Assembly: GCA_038209745.1 (NCBI GenBank)
Contig: JBBQXJ010000037.1
Location: 1 to 43,889 of the forward strand
Direction: 5' to 3'
From: Verrucomicrobiota bacterium
GTDB taxonomy: Bacteria > Verrucomicrobiota > Verrucomicrobiia > Limisphaerales > CANJSG01
DNA length: 43,889 bases
Part shown: positions 20,949 through 30,568 of the stretch, piece by piece
How the letters are laid out: every line of letters begins with the position of its first letter
Position numbering within the stretch: position 1 is the stretch's first letter
Position numbers and translations under genes: made by a program
Notes under the pieces: generated by a model
Databases searched by the model: none
What the model was told of the DNA's origin: nothing
Seen by the model: the letters and a program-made list of their open reading frames with translations, nothing else

Positions 20949-21829
20949 GCGCCTACCTGGACATCTCCCAGCTCACCAAGGTCTACCCTACGCCCAAGGG
21001 CCCGGCCGTGATCGTCCACAACTTCAACTTGAAGATGAAGGCGGGCGAGTTCGTGTCGATCATCGGCCACTCCGGCTGCGGCAAGAGCACCGTGCTCATG
21101 ATGGTGGCCGGCCTGAACCCGATCACCGAAGGCGTCATCGTTCTGTCCGGAAAGGAGATCACCGGCGCCGGTCCCGACCGTGGCGTCGTCTTCCAATCCC
21201 CTTCGTTGCTTCCGTGGCTCTCCGCGTTGGACAACGTGATGCTCGGCATCAACCAGGTGTTCTTCACCGCCAGCAAACAGGAGCGCCGCCAGATCGCGGA
21301 ATACTACCTCTCGGTCGTCGGACTCGGCGATTCCATGGACAAGAAGCCGGGCGAACTCAGCCAAGGCATGCGCCAGCGCGTGGGCATCGCCCGCGCCTTC
21401 GCGCTCAAGCCCAAGATGCTGCTGCTGGACGAGCCGTTCGGCATGTTGGATTCCCTCACCCGCTTCGAGCTCCAGCAGGTCCTCGTCAACCTCTCCCGCA
21501 AGAACCAGATCACCTCCATGATGGTGACGCACGACGTGGACGAGGCGCTCTTCCTCTCCGACCGCGTCGTCTGCATGACCGACGGTCCCGCCGCCGAGGT
21601 CGGAGACATTCTCGAAGTCAATTTCCCCCGTCCCCGCGACCGCAAGGCCGTGCTGGAACATCCGGACTACTACAGGCTCCGTGCCCACCTCATCGAGTTC
21701 CTCGAGATCCACGCCCACAAGAAGCACGCTTCCGCAGTGCCCCCCTTTTCCAAGCCCCCCAATACGGATCGATCCCTTGATCTGGATCAAACCAACCCCA
21801 CGCCAGAATCCGAGACTGCCCCTGCATGA
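20945..21829 (+). CDS. Nitrate ABC transporter ATP-binding subunit (NrtD/NasD-like)
   Basis: [34 protein letters not shown]. Confidence 0.94.
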   Translation: MSAYLDISQLTKVYPTPKGPAVIVHNFNLKMKAGEFVSIIGHSGCGKSTVLMMVAGLNPITEGVIVLSGKEITGAGPDRGVVFQSPSLLPWLSALDNVMLGINQVFFTASKQERRQIAEYYLSVVGLGDSMDKKPGELSQGMRQRVGIARAFALKPKMLLLDEPFGMLDSLTRFELQQVLVNLSRKNQITSMMVTHDVDEALFLSDRVVCMTDGPAAEVGDILEVNFPRPRDRKAVLEHPDYYRLRAHLIEFLEIHAHKKHASAVPPFSKPPNTDRSLDLDQTNPTPESETAPA

Positions 21830-23133
21830 AAACCACGCCCTACCGACCCACCCCAACCGCCGTTGCCCTGGCGTCGCTCTTGCCGATGCTGTCCGCGTCC
21901 GCCGCGGAGACGGCCGCCACCGCGCCAAGTTCGGTGGAGTCCTTCTTCAATTCCCAGGTCCCCTCGGCGTTCGCCAAGGGCAAGTTCAACCTGAATGCCC
22001 GGCTCCGCTTCGAGTATGCGGACCAGGAAGGCGGCACCCCGCCCGCCCACGCCTACACCCTTCGCACGCGCTTCGGCTACACGACCGCTTCGCTCTACGG
22101 GTTCCAGGCCATGCTCGAAGGCGAAAACATCACCGCCTTCGACAAGGGCTCGTATGCTCCCGGCCCCGGTTCGGTCGTTCCGAAAGATGTGGTCGCCGAC
22201 CCCACGGGCACCGAGATCAACCAAGCTTGGCTCGGCTACAGCAACACGAACTACATGGTTTCCGTGAAGGGCGGCCGGCAGGTGATCAATCTGGACAACC
22301 AGCGTTTCATCGGCGACGTCGGCTGGCGCCAGAACCAGCAGACCTTCGACGCCGCCGGTGCGAACTATTCGCCGATCAAGGGCCTCGACCTCTCCTACAA
22401 CTACGTCTGGAAGGTCAACCGCATTTTCGGCAACGACAGCACGCTCGCTGCGACGACGAGCAATTTCGACTCGGAATCCCACCTGATCAACGCGGCCTAT
22501 ACCTACTCGCCTTTGTTCAAGGTCGTCGGCTATGGATACCTGCTCGACCTCAAGACGGAACGCGGGGCCGCGCCCGGCAACGCCGCGAATTCTTCGGCCA
22601 CCTACGGTGCCTACGTCAGCGGCACCTACACCTTCGACAAGGCCAACAAGGGCACCGTCAGCTACCGCGCCGAATACGCCTACCAGTCCGACTACGCCGA
22701 CAGCGCGCTCAACTACGAAACCCGCTACTACGTAGGGGAACTCGGCGCGACCTACGGCATCTTCAACACCGGCGTCGGCTACGAAGTCCTGGGCTCCGAC
22801 AATGGAGTTGGCTTCAAAACCCCTTTGGCCACGCTCCACGCCTTCAACGGCTGGGCCGACGTCTTCCTCAACACCCCCGCAGGCGGCCTGAAAGACCTCT
22901 ACTTTTCCGTCGGAGCGATGTTGCCCGGCAATGTCCCGGTCAAGGCGATCTACCACAAGTTCGACGCCGAAACCGGCGGAGCGGACCTCGGTCAGGAATT
23001 CGATCTAGTGGCTTCCAGGAAGTTCGGCAAAAACTGGACCGTCCTCGCCAAATACGCCAACTACGACGGAAAGGATGCCCCGTCCGCCTTCGACAAGCAG
23101 GTCTTCTGGGGCCAGGTCGACTTCAACTTCTGA
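21826..23133 (+). CDS. Outer-membrane beta-barrel (alginate-export/AlgE-like porin family)
   Basis: Signal peptide, [43 protein letters not shown], terminal Phe. Confidence 0.85.
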   Translation: MKTTPYRPTPTAVALASLLPMLSASAAETAATAPSSVESFFNSQVPSAFAKGKFNLNARLRFEYADQEGGTPPAHAYTLRTRFGYTTASLYGFQAMLEGENITAFDKGSYAPGPGSVVPKDVVADPTGTEINQAWLGYSNTNYMVSVKGGRQVINLDNQRFIGDVGWRQNQQTFDAAGANYSPIKGLDLSYNYVWKVNRIFGNDSTLAATTSNFDSESHLINAAYTYSPLFKVVGYGYLLDLKTERGAAPGNAANSSATYGAYVSGTYTFDKANKGTVSYRAEYAYQSDYADSALNYETRYYVGELGATYGIFNTGVGYEVLGSDNGVGFKTPLATLHAFNGWADVFLNTPAGGLKDLYFSVGAMLPGNVPVKAIYHKFDAETGGADLGQEFDLVASRKFGKNWTVLAKYANYDGKDAPSAFDKQVFWGQVDFNF

Positions 23134-23157
23134 CACCCGACCGGTCTTTCCCCGGTC

Positions 23158-23480
23158 ATGACCGCGCCTGCCTCCGGTCCCCAAGCAGCGCGGCCACCTC
23201 CGACATCAAGGAACAGGGCAAGGATCTCGTGCCCGTGATCACCGTCGTGGTCCGCAGCCTGAAGAACCGCGATGCCCTCGTCCCTGCCGTGCAGAACCTC
23301 GGCAAGGTCCGAGTGGCCCATCGACTTAAACCGGAACATGACGCGCCGTTGGGAGCGGAACTCCGATGGACCCTCGACAAGGGTCGCGGAGAAGCCTTCA
23401 TCCCCGAGGCGCTAAAAGCGTGGCCCGCGACCTGCACCATCCTCGCCACCGTGATGCCGGACGCCGCCGCACCAGTCTGA
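23158..23480 (+). pseudogene. Decayed single-domain globin (bacterial hemoglobin/flavohemoglobin-type globin domain)
   Basis: DIKEQGKDL...LVPAVQNLGK...KPEH..LG..L.WTL.KG.GEAF.PE...AW resembles globin helices E-H; helices A-C missing, ATG 23158 out of frame, proximal His position altered. Confidence 0.75.
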
Positions 23481-23519
23481 TCTATCCACTGCGTCCCCCG
23501 GAATAGATTGGTTGCTTTT

Positions 23520-23554
23520 GGCCAGCGTGGCCCCAGTCGGCCACGCTGGCCTTT
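23520..23554 (+). terminator. Terminator-like hairpin closing the transport operon
   Basis: Perfect 13-bp stem GGCCAGCGTGGCC-CCAGTC-GGCCACGCTGGCC then TTT. Confidence 0.75.
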
Positions 23555-23677
23555 ACCATTCCCAACTGGCGGCTTCCTCGGAGGGGCAGTCGAAGCCGAT
23601 TTTTTCGCTGTCCGCTTTGTCGATCTGCCATGGCCAGAACCGAAAAACACCCCGCCCACGGGCCCACAATGCCACCC

Positions 23678-23748
23678 ATGAACAGGATCGATGCGTTCGA
23701 TCTGAACCATGAAGCGGATCGGAACTTCGGACGGCTCTCGGCCTGCTA
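23678..23748 (+). promoter_or_regulatory. Second putative LysR box pair plus sigma54-type -24/-12 element
   Basis: ATGAACAGGATCGAT (23678), ATGAAGCGGATCGG (23709), CGGCTC-TCGGC-CTGCTA with GG-N10-GC (23732-23748). Confidence 0.5.
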
Positions 23749-23763
23749 TGGAGTTGAGCAGAG

Positions 23764-25563
23764 ATGCCTGCCCGCCTTCTATCAGATGATGAACTAGAGG
23801 AACCTACCGTCACGCCGTCGGACCCCAGGGCCTCGGCGCGTTCCGGCTCGCCCCGGTCGCATTTCTCCTCAGACATCCCGGTCGATCCGATTGCGACCTT
23901 CGTCGACGTGCTCCTCGCCGAGCAGCGCGACCTCACCGCGGCCGAGCGCTTCGCCTTCAAGCACCGCTCCGGCGAAATCCCCAGCCAGGCACGCTACTAT
24001 CGGAACCTGATTCCGCTGTCGAAACCCGGTGTCGGCGAGCAATACGCCTTCGAAGTCAATCTGGACCAGTGTTCCGGCTGCAAAGCCTGCGTCGCTGCTT
24101 GCCATTCGTTGAACGGCCTGGAGGACGAGGAATCGTGGCGGACCGTCGGATTGCTGATCGGGGAAGCCCCTGAAAAGCTCGGCGCTGACATCGGCTTCAG
24201 GGATCCGGCATCCGGTACCAGGCATCAACCTTCCGCTCCCATCCAGCGCACCGTCACCACCGCCTGCCATCACTGCGCCGATCCCGGATGTCTCAATGGT
24301 TGCCCAGTCCTCGCCTACGAAAAGGATCCTCTCACCGGCATCGTCCGTCACCTCGATGACCAGTGCATCGGCTGCCAATACTGCGTGATGAAATGCCCGT
24401 ATGAGGTGCCGAAGTTCTCCAAGCGCCTCGGCATCGTGCGCAAGTGCGACATGTGCAGCCAACGTCTCGCCGTGGGCGAAGCGCCTGCCTGCGTTCAATC
24501 CTGCCCCAACGAAGCCATTCGCATCGCCGTCGTCGATGTCGCGGAGGCGCTCGCCGTAGGCCGGCCATCCCTGCCCGGGAAGTTTTCCAAGACCGTGCCG
24601 GGCAAGGGCGCCCGACCTCCAAACCCATTTCTCCCCGCCTCGCCGCGTCCGGGAATCACCGTTCCCACCACGCGCTATTTCTCCACGGTCCTGACCACCT
24701 CCACCCTCCGCGCCGCCGACGAGGCCGCCCTGCATCCCGCCGACCCACATCTGCCACTGGTCGCGATGCTGCCGCTGTCCCAGCTCTCGGTGGGACTGAT
24801 GGTCGGCCTCGCTCTATCAGGCTCACTTTCTGCGCTGAAAACTGGAGTGACCGTTTCGTTCATCGCCATGTCGATCGCGCTCGGGGTGGCCACGCTGCAT
24901 CTCGGGCAGCCGCTGCGCGCCTGGAAAGCCTTCCTCGGCTGGCGCAAGTCGTGGTTCAGCCGCGAGGTCATCGCCTTCGGCCAATACCACGGTTTTCTCG
25001 GGCTCTTCACCGCCGTCCTCTGGCTGAAGCCCGAACTGCTGACCGCCGCGATCGGGCATCCGGCATCCGGCATCGCCGCCCTCCTCGGTCTCGGCTCCGT
25101 CTTCTGCTCCGTGATGCTCTACGCCGACACCCAGCGCGAATTCTGGTCGTTCGGCCGGAGCTTCGGGAAGTTCTTCGGCTCGGTCACGCTCCTGGGACTC
25201 GCCGGTAGCGGCACGCTGCTCGATAGCTCCGCGTGCTGGGGCGCGACCATCGCCGTGTTCCTCGCAAAGCTCGCGACGGACTTGGAGATTCTCCGTTTTC
25301 TCAAGGTTCCCGGGTTTCCACCTCTCAAGAAATCCGCGCTGCTCATCACCCGCCGTTTCAGCCGCATCGCCTTTGCGCGGGTCGCCTTCGGCATCTGCGG
25401 CGGGGTCCTGCTGCCCGGCGCCTTGCTCGTCGCGCGACATCCGTTCGGCCGCGCCACCGGGTTGGTAGCCGTCCTGCTTCTGCTGGCGGGAGAGATGTGC
25501 GAGCGCTTCCTTTTTTTCGCCGCCGTTGCCCCGACGAAGATGCCGGGAGGAATCTCCGCATGA
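23764..25563 (+). CDS. 4Fe-4S (DmsB-like) domain fused to a DmsC/YnfH-type membrane anchor
   Basis: [70 protein letters not shown] and TM helices. Confidence 0.9.
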   Translation: MPARLLSDDELEEPTVTPSDPRASARSGSPRSHFSSDIPVDPIATFVDVLLAEQRDLTAAERFAFKHRSGEIPSQARYYRNLIPLSKPGVGEQYAFEVNLDQCSGCKACVAACHSLNGLEDEESWRTVGLLIGEAPEKLGADIGFRDPASGTRHQPSAPIQRTVTTACHHCADPGCLNGCPVLAYEKDPLTGIVRHLDDQCIGCQYCVMKCPYEVPKFSKRLGIVRKCDMCSQRLAVGEAPACVQSCPNEAIRIAVVDVAEALAVGRPSLPGKFSKTVPGKGARPPNPFLPASPRPGITVPTTRYFSTVLTTSTLRAADEAALHPADPHLPLVAMLPLSQLSVGLMVGLALSGSLSALKTGVTVSFIAMSIALGVATLHLGQPLRAWKAFLGWRKSWFSREVIAFGQYHGFLGLFTAVLWLKPELLTAAIGHPASGIAALLGLGSVFCSVMLYADTQREFWSFGRSFGKFFGSVTLLGLAGSGTLLDSSACWGATIAVFLAKLATDLEILRFLKVPGFPPLKKSALLITRRFSRIAFARVAFGICGGVLLPGALLVARHPFGRATGLVAVLLLLAGEMCERFLFFAAVAPTKMPGGISA

Positions 25564-27848
25564 CGAAGCCCGCCACCAGTCCGCAAGCCACCGTCCTCGG
25601 AAACGCCCTTCGCTCGATCAACGGCCGGATGACCACCGAGCTCGTCCAGGTTCCCGGCGACTTTGGTTTGGGCCAAGTACCGTCGCGTCTCGCGCCCGAC
25701 GCGACCACCACGTCCGTCTGCGGCTTCTGCTCCACAGGGTGTGGGCTGAAGATCCATCTCAAGGACGGCCAGGCCGTGAACCTGTCGCCGGAGACGGATT
25801 ACCCGGTGAATCTTGGCATGGCCTGTCCCAAGGGCTGGGAAGCGCTCACCCCGCTCGCCGCCCCGGACCGCGCCACCACGCCCCTTTTCCGCGGAGCTGA
25901 TGGCGTCCTGCGCCCCGTCGAATGGGAAACCGCGATCGGCGCCTTCTGCGACCGCTTCAAGAACATCCAGACCGAGCACGGCGCGCACTCCGTCGCTTGG
26001 ATCGGCACGGGCCAGATCTGCGTGGAGGAATTCGCCTTTCTCGGCGCTCTCGGGAAGTTCGGCATGGGAATGAAGCACGGCGACGGCAATACCCGCCAGT
26101 GCATGGCCACTGCGGCCGTCGCCTACATGGAATCGTTCGGCTTCGACGCGCCGCCCTTCACCTACGCCGACTTCGAGCAGTCGGACGTGCTGGTCTTCAT
26201 CGGCGCCAATCCCTGCATCGCGCACCCGATCATGTGGCAGCGCGTGCTGCGCAATCCGAACAAGCCCGAGATCATCGTCGTCGATCCCCGCCGCACCGAG
26301 ACCGCCGTCAACGCCACCCAGCACCTGCCGTTGAAGCCGAAGTCGGATCTCACCCTGCTCTATGGCCTGGCCCATCTGATCATCGAGAATGGCTGGATCG
26401 ACGAGGGGTTCATCGCGGAGTCCACGACCGGCTTCGACGAATTCCGCGAGTTCGTCCACCGCTTCACGCCGGACAAGGTCGCCGCCGAAACCAACCTGAC
26501 CGTCGGCCAGATCTACCACTGCGCCGAGTCCATCCATCGCGGCAAGGCCGTCAGCTTCTGGTGGACCATGGGCGTCAACCAGAGCCACGAGGCCACCCGC
26601 ACCGCGCAGGCCATCATCAACCTCGCGCTCATGACCGGAAACATCGGCAGACCCGGCACCGGAGCGAACTCGATCACCGGCCAGTGCAACGCGATGGGCA
26701 GCCGGCTCTTCAGCAACACGACCAATCTCCTCGGCGGCCACGATTTCAAGAACCCTGTCCACCGTGCGAAAGTGGCCGGCGTTCTCGGCATCGACGAAAG
26801 ACTCATCCCGCACGAAGCCTCCTGGGCCTACGACCAGATCATGGACGGGATCGACCGGGGCGAGATCAAGGGTCTCTGGATCATCGCCACCAACACCGCC
26901 CATTCCTGGATCAACCAGAACTCGGTGCCCGATCTCTTCAAGAAGCTGGATTTCCTCGTGGTGCAGGACATGTATGCCACGACCGAGACCGCGCAGCTGG
27001 CGGACCTCGTCCTGCCCGCTGGCGGCTGGGGCGAAAAGGAAGGAACGCTGATCAATTCCGAACGCCGCTTCGGTCCGGTAAAGAAGGTCTCCCGCGCGCC
27101 CGGCCAGGCATTGAGCGACTTCAACATCTTCCGCCTGATCGCCCATGCCTGGGGCTGCGGCGAGATGTTCCGCGAATGGACTTCGCCCGAAGCCGTCTTC
27201 CGCATCGTCCAGCAAATCACTGCGGGCCAGCCGTGCGACATCACCGGCATCGAGGGCTACCAGATGCTCGACGAATGCGGCGGCGTGCAGTGGCCGTGGC
27301 CGGCCAAGCCATACGGAGCCATGGAATCGAGGAGGGAAGGAGCCTTGGGAACCGATCGCTCCAGAAATCCAGAACTCCAGAACTCCGTCCCCGAGCAGGA
27401 GCGCCGCCTCTTCGCCGACGGCAAGTTCTTCACCCCCGACGGCCGCGCCAGGTTCGTCTATGAAGAACCACGCCCCGTCGCCGAACCGACCAGCCCCGCA
27501 TATCCGTTCGTGCTGTTGACCGGCCGCGGCACCTCGGCCCAGTGGCACACCAACAGCCGCACCGCCAAGTCCGCCATTCTCCGCCAGCTCTACCCAGCCA
27601 ACGCCTACGTCGAGATCAATCCCGAAGACGCGGCGCGCCTCGGCATCGAGCCCAACAGCCGCGTCGAAGTCTCCTCCCCACGCGGCCGGATCGTCGCCAC
27701 CGCCTTCGTCACCGGCACCGTGCAGCCCGGCCAGATCTTCATGCCCATGCACTATGCCGAAACGAACAAGCTGACGCACCCGGCCTTCGATCCGTATTCC
27801 CGCCAGCCCAGCTACAAGCACTGCGCCGTGAACCTCAAACCCGCCTGA
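25560..27848 (+). CDS. Cytoplasmic molybdopterin nitrate reductase, catalytic subunit (NasA/NarB-like)
   Basis: CGFCSTGC...[38 protein letters not shown]; no Tat RR and no C-terminal BFD domain. Confidence 0.92.
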   Translation: MTKPATSPQATVLGNALRSINGRMTTELVQVPGDFGLGQVPSRLAPDATTTSVCGFCSTGCGLKIHLKDGQAVNLSPETDYPVNLGMACPKGWEALTPLAAPDRATTPLFRGADGVLRPVEWETAIGAFCDRFKNIQTEHGAHSVAWIGTGQICVEEFAFLGALGKFGMGMKHGDGNTRQCMATAAVAYMESFGFDAPPFTYADFEQSDVLVFIGANPCIAHPIMWQRVLRNPNKPEIIVVDPRRTETAVNATQHLPLKPKSDLTLLYGLAHLIIENGWIDEGFIAESTTGFDEFREFVHRFTPDKVAAETNLTVGQIYHCAESIHRGKAVSFWWTMGVNQSHEATRTAQAIINLALMTGNIGRPGTGANSITGQCNAMGSRLFSNTTNLLGGHDFKNPVHRAKVAGVLGIDERLIPHEASWAYDQIMDGIDRGEIKGLWIIATNTAHSWINQNSVPDLFKKLDFLVVQDMYATTETAQLADLVLPAGGWGEKEGTLINSERRFGPVKKVSRAPGQALSDFNIFRLIAHAWGCGEMFREWTSPEAVFRIVQQITAGQPCDITGIEGYQMLDECGGVQWPWPAKPYGAMESRREGALGTDRSRNPELQNSVPEQERRLFADGKFFTPDGRARFVYEEPRPVAEPTSPAYPFVLLTGRGTSAQWHTNSRTAKSAILRQLYPANAYVEINPEDAARLGIEPNSRVEVSSPRGRIVATAFVTGTVQPGQIFMPMHYAETNKLTHPAFDPYSRQPSYKHCAVNLKPA
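27315..27386. repeat. Inverted arrays of 8-bp units (GGAGnnnn ... CTCCAGAA) inside the nitrate reductase CDS
   Basis: GGAG/GGAA at 27315, 27323, 27331 and 27339; CTCCAGAA-ATCCAGAA-CTCCAGAA-CTCC at 27359-27386. Confidence 0.7.
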
Positions 27849-27851
27849 GCC

Positions 27852-28217
27852 ATGAACCGGATCGCCGAAGAAATCCGCACGTTCGACGCGGAGAAGCTGG
27901 TCCGCTTCTCCGACGAACGCGCCACCGTGACCGAACTGTCCGTCACGGAATTCTCGCGCATCGCCGTCTGGGGCGTGAAGCCAGGCCAGGAAGTCGGCGC
28001 CCACACGCATCCGGCCGGACAGGACACCTGGGTCATGGTTCGCGGCGAGCTGACCTACTACCTCGGCAACGGTCGGACCCGCACCATCCGCGCCGGCCAG
28101 CTCGACATGGCCGACCGCGACGAAGTCCACGGCGCCCGCAACGACGGGAGCGAAGACGCCGTCTTCCTCTCCATCTACAACGCCCCCGAGATCGGCTGGG
28201 CCAAGGCGCAGGCGTGA
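27852..28217 (+). CDS. Cupin domain protein
   Basis: PGQEVGAHTHPAGQDTWVMVRG and EVHGARN cupin motifs. Confidence 0.88.
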   Translation: MNRIAEEIRTFDAEKLVRFSDERATVTELSVTEFSRIAVWGVKPGQEVGAHTHPAGQDTWVMVRGELTYYLGNGRTRTIRAGQLDMADRDEVHGARNDGSEDAVFLSIYNAPEIGWAKAQA

Positions 28218-28438
28218 TGAAACCGATGGGTCCATCCGATCCGGTGCGTCCTGTCCGGCTTAGTGGCACAGGCGCACCCGCCTGTGTCCGTTCTCCGCGC
28301 GCCCCGATCCGGAGTTCCTCAGCAGACGCGGACGCCTGCTGCACCGACACAGGCGAGGGCGCCTGTGCCACTAAGCCGTTCCGCTTCGACGTTCGGCGTT
28401 CGCAGCGGGTTGTCCTTTTTTCCCCTTTCCCGCCATGA
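28217..28438 (+). other. Bridge ORF 4 (73 aa) carrying a REP doublet
   Basis: TGATG overlap with the cupin stop; TGA 28436-28438 overlaps nirA ATG 28435. Confidence 0.5.
28256..28378. repeat. REPIN-like doublet of inverted GTGG-type REP palindromes
   Basis: Perfect 20-bp IR CGGCTTAGTGGCACAGGCGC (28256-28275) / 28359-28378, extending to 33 bp with 2 mismatches; each arm is internally palindromic. Confidence 0.85.
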
Positions 28439-30264
28439 GCACCGCCACTCTCCCTGCCGCACCAACCGGCGAATTCACCGCCGAACAGAAAGAGTATCTC
28501 GCAGGGCTCCTGGCCGGCGTCGCCCAACGCCGGATGTATCCCTACATCGGTGTCATGGCCGGCGGCGCGTTCACCGCCACGCCCGGCGAAGGCGGCCCCA
28601 ACCTCGCCGCGCCACAGGCGGAGACTTTCCACGGCACACCCCTCGAAGACCTCTGCAAACAGGAGCTGTGGAAGCACCAGGAACACGGCCTCGATTGCTG
28701 GGACCAGTTGCTGGCCCACGCTTCGGAGAACAAGAAGCCAGACGACGAACACAACTACCGCTTCCGCTTTCATGGCCTCTTCTGGGTCTCCCCGAACCAG
28801 GAGTCGTTCATGCTCCGTTGCCGCATTCCGGCGGGTGAATTGACCGCCACCCAGATGCGCGGATTGGCCGACATCTCGGACGCTTGGGGCAACGGCAAAT
28901 CCGCCATCACCACCCGCTCCAACCTCCAGATCCGCGAGATCGAGCCAAAGAACGCCGTCAATGTCCTGACCAAGCTCCAGAGCATCGGCCTGACCGCCCG
29001 GGGCTCCGGCGTGGACAACGTCCGCAACGTCACCGCGTCGCCGACGGCCGGAATCGACCGCCAGGAGTATCTCGACACGAGGCCCTTCGCCCACGGCATC
29101 CACCATTACATCCTGAACAACCGCGACCTCTACGATCTCCCGCGCAAGTTCAACATCGCCTTCGAAGGGGGCGGCGCCATCGACACCGTCGCCGACACGA
29201 ACGACATCGGCTTCATGGCCACCCTCGTAGGCCGGGCATCCCGGCCTACGGTCTCGGGCACCTCGGTCAAGGATGGTTCCACCGTCGCGCTCGAACCGGG
29301 CGTCTATTTCCGGGTCGAGCTCTGCGGCATCACCGGCCACCAGCAGTTCGCCAGCGACTCGGGCATCGTCATCAAGCCCGGCGAGTCCATCGCCGTCAGC
29401 GCGGCCATTCTCCGCGTCTTCGCCGAACACGGGGACCGCACCGACCGCAAGAAGGCGCGCCTGAAGTATCTCGTGGACAAGTGGGGCGTCCCCAAGTTCC
29501 TCGAAGAGGTCCAGAGGAAGCTTTCGTTCCCGTTGGTGAAGCTGCCCATCGACCAATGCACCGTGCGGCATCCCTCGATTCGCCACGGCCACATCGGCAC
29601 TTTCCGCCAGGTCCAGCCCGGCAAGAACTACATCGGCGCCGTCATCCCCGTCGGCCTCATGTCGACGAAGCAGATGCGCCGCATCGCCGACCTCGCGGAG
29701 AATTATGGCTCGGGCCAAGTCCGTCTGACGCCGTGGCAGAATCTCATCCTGCCCGACATTCCCGACGGCTTTGTCGAAACGGTGAAACGCAACCTCGTGA
29801 AGACGGGCTTCCACCACGAAGCGACCCACATCCTCGGCGGGCTCGTCGCCTGCACCGGCAACAACGGCTGCAAATTCTCCAGCGCCGACACCAAGGGCAA
29901 CGCCATCGCCCTCGGCAACCACCTGGGCAAGAAGTTCGAGCTCGACCAGCCGATCAACCTGCACTTCACCGGCTGCCCGAATTCCTGCGCCCAGCACTAC
30001 CTGGGCGACATCGGATTCCAAGCGGTCCGGGTGGCCGTCGCCGGCGAATCGGTCGAGGGCTACAACATCGTCTTCGGCGGCGGGTTCGGCCACCAACAGG
30101 CCGTTGCGCAGCCCGTCTTCAGCAACATTCCCTTCACGGACATTCCCGCCCTGATCGAGAAGGTCGTCTCGGTCTACCAGTCGCAGCGCAAACCGGGCGA
30201 ACGCTTCGCCGAGTTCACCCGCCGCTTCAAAGCGAAGCAGCTCCAGGAGATGTTTTCGGAGTGA
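28435..30264 (+). CDS. nirA: Siroheme nitrite reductase (ferredoxin-type NirA family)
   Basis: TTRSNLQIR, DNVRNVT, LPRKFNIA, ACTGNNGC, TGCPNSCAQH; nitrate-cluster context. Confidence 0.92.
   Translation: MSTATLPAAPTGEFTAEQKEYLAGLLAGVAQRRMYPYIGVMAGGAFTATPGEGGPNLAAPQAETFHGTPLEDLCKQELWKHQEHGLDCWDQLLAHASENKKPDDEHNYRFRFHGLFWVSPNQESFMLRCRIPAGELTATQMRGLADISDAWGNGKSAITTRSNLQIREIEPKNAVNVLTKLQSIGLTARGSGVDNVRNVTASPTAGIDRQEYLDTRPFAHGIHHYILNNRDLYDLPRKFNIAFEGGGAIDTVADTNDIGFMATLVGRASRPTVSGTSVKDGSTVALEPGVYFRVELCGITGHQQFASDSGIVIKPGESIAVSAAILRVFAEHGDRTDRKKARLKYLVDKWGVPKFLEEVQRKLSFPLVKLPIDQCTVRHPSIRHGHIGTFRQVQPGKNYIGAVIPVGLMSTKQMRRIADLAENYGSGQVRLTPWQNLILPDIPDGFVETVKRNLVKTGFHHEATHILGGLVACTGNNGCKFSSADTKGNAIALGNHLGKKFELDQPINLHFTGCPNSCAQHYLGDIGFQAVRVAVAGESVEGYNIVFGGGFGHQQAVAQPVFSNIPFTDIPALIEKVVSVYQSQRKPGERFAEFTRRFKAKQLQEMFSE
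29226..29250. repeat. Perfect GTAG-type palindrome inside nirA
   Basis: CGTAGGCCGGG-CAT-CCCGGCCTACG (11-bp stem). Confidence 0.75.
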
Positions 30265-30271
30265 GCCAACA

Positions 30272-30568
30272 ATGACCGTTGGTCCTTCAAAAAACGCGCG
30301 CTCCATTCCGTGGAAACCATCCGGAATGAAGCCCACCGCGCCTTCAAGTCCGAAGGAACTCCGCCACTGCCTCTCCGCCGCCTCTCAAACCAACTGCGCA
30401 ACCGGATTGGGCGATAGGTCGAAGACCTCCTACCCGGCTTTCAGCCATCCTCTTCCCATCCGATGGGGGGAGGGCCGGGGTGAGGGGCTTCTCCCTGTTT
30501 TTCCAACCATCTTCCGTGGTCGACATCACCCCGTCGCTCCATCCCTCCCTATTTTCGCGAAGCCATGA
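30272..30568 (+). other. Bridge ORF 5 (98 aa), repeat-containing
   Basis: ATG 7 nt after the nirA stop; TGA 30566-30568 overlaps ATG 30565. Confidence 0.5.
30449..30487. repeat. Second copy of the CCCATCCGATGGG / GAGGGCCGGGGTGAGGGG element
   Basis: Matches 17314-17347. Confidence 0.75.

Noticed and set aside
21681..23157. 599-aa ORF 21681..23480 as a real gene
   Set aside because: Off-frame over the porin; only the last ~95 codons (globin remnant) look protein-like
25119..30336. Very long antisense ORFs (25119..28235, 1038 aa; 28033..30336, 767 aa)
   Set aside because: Shadow frames opposite well-supported genes in high-GC DNA; no motifs
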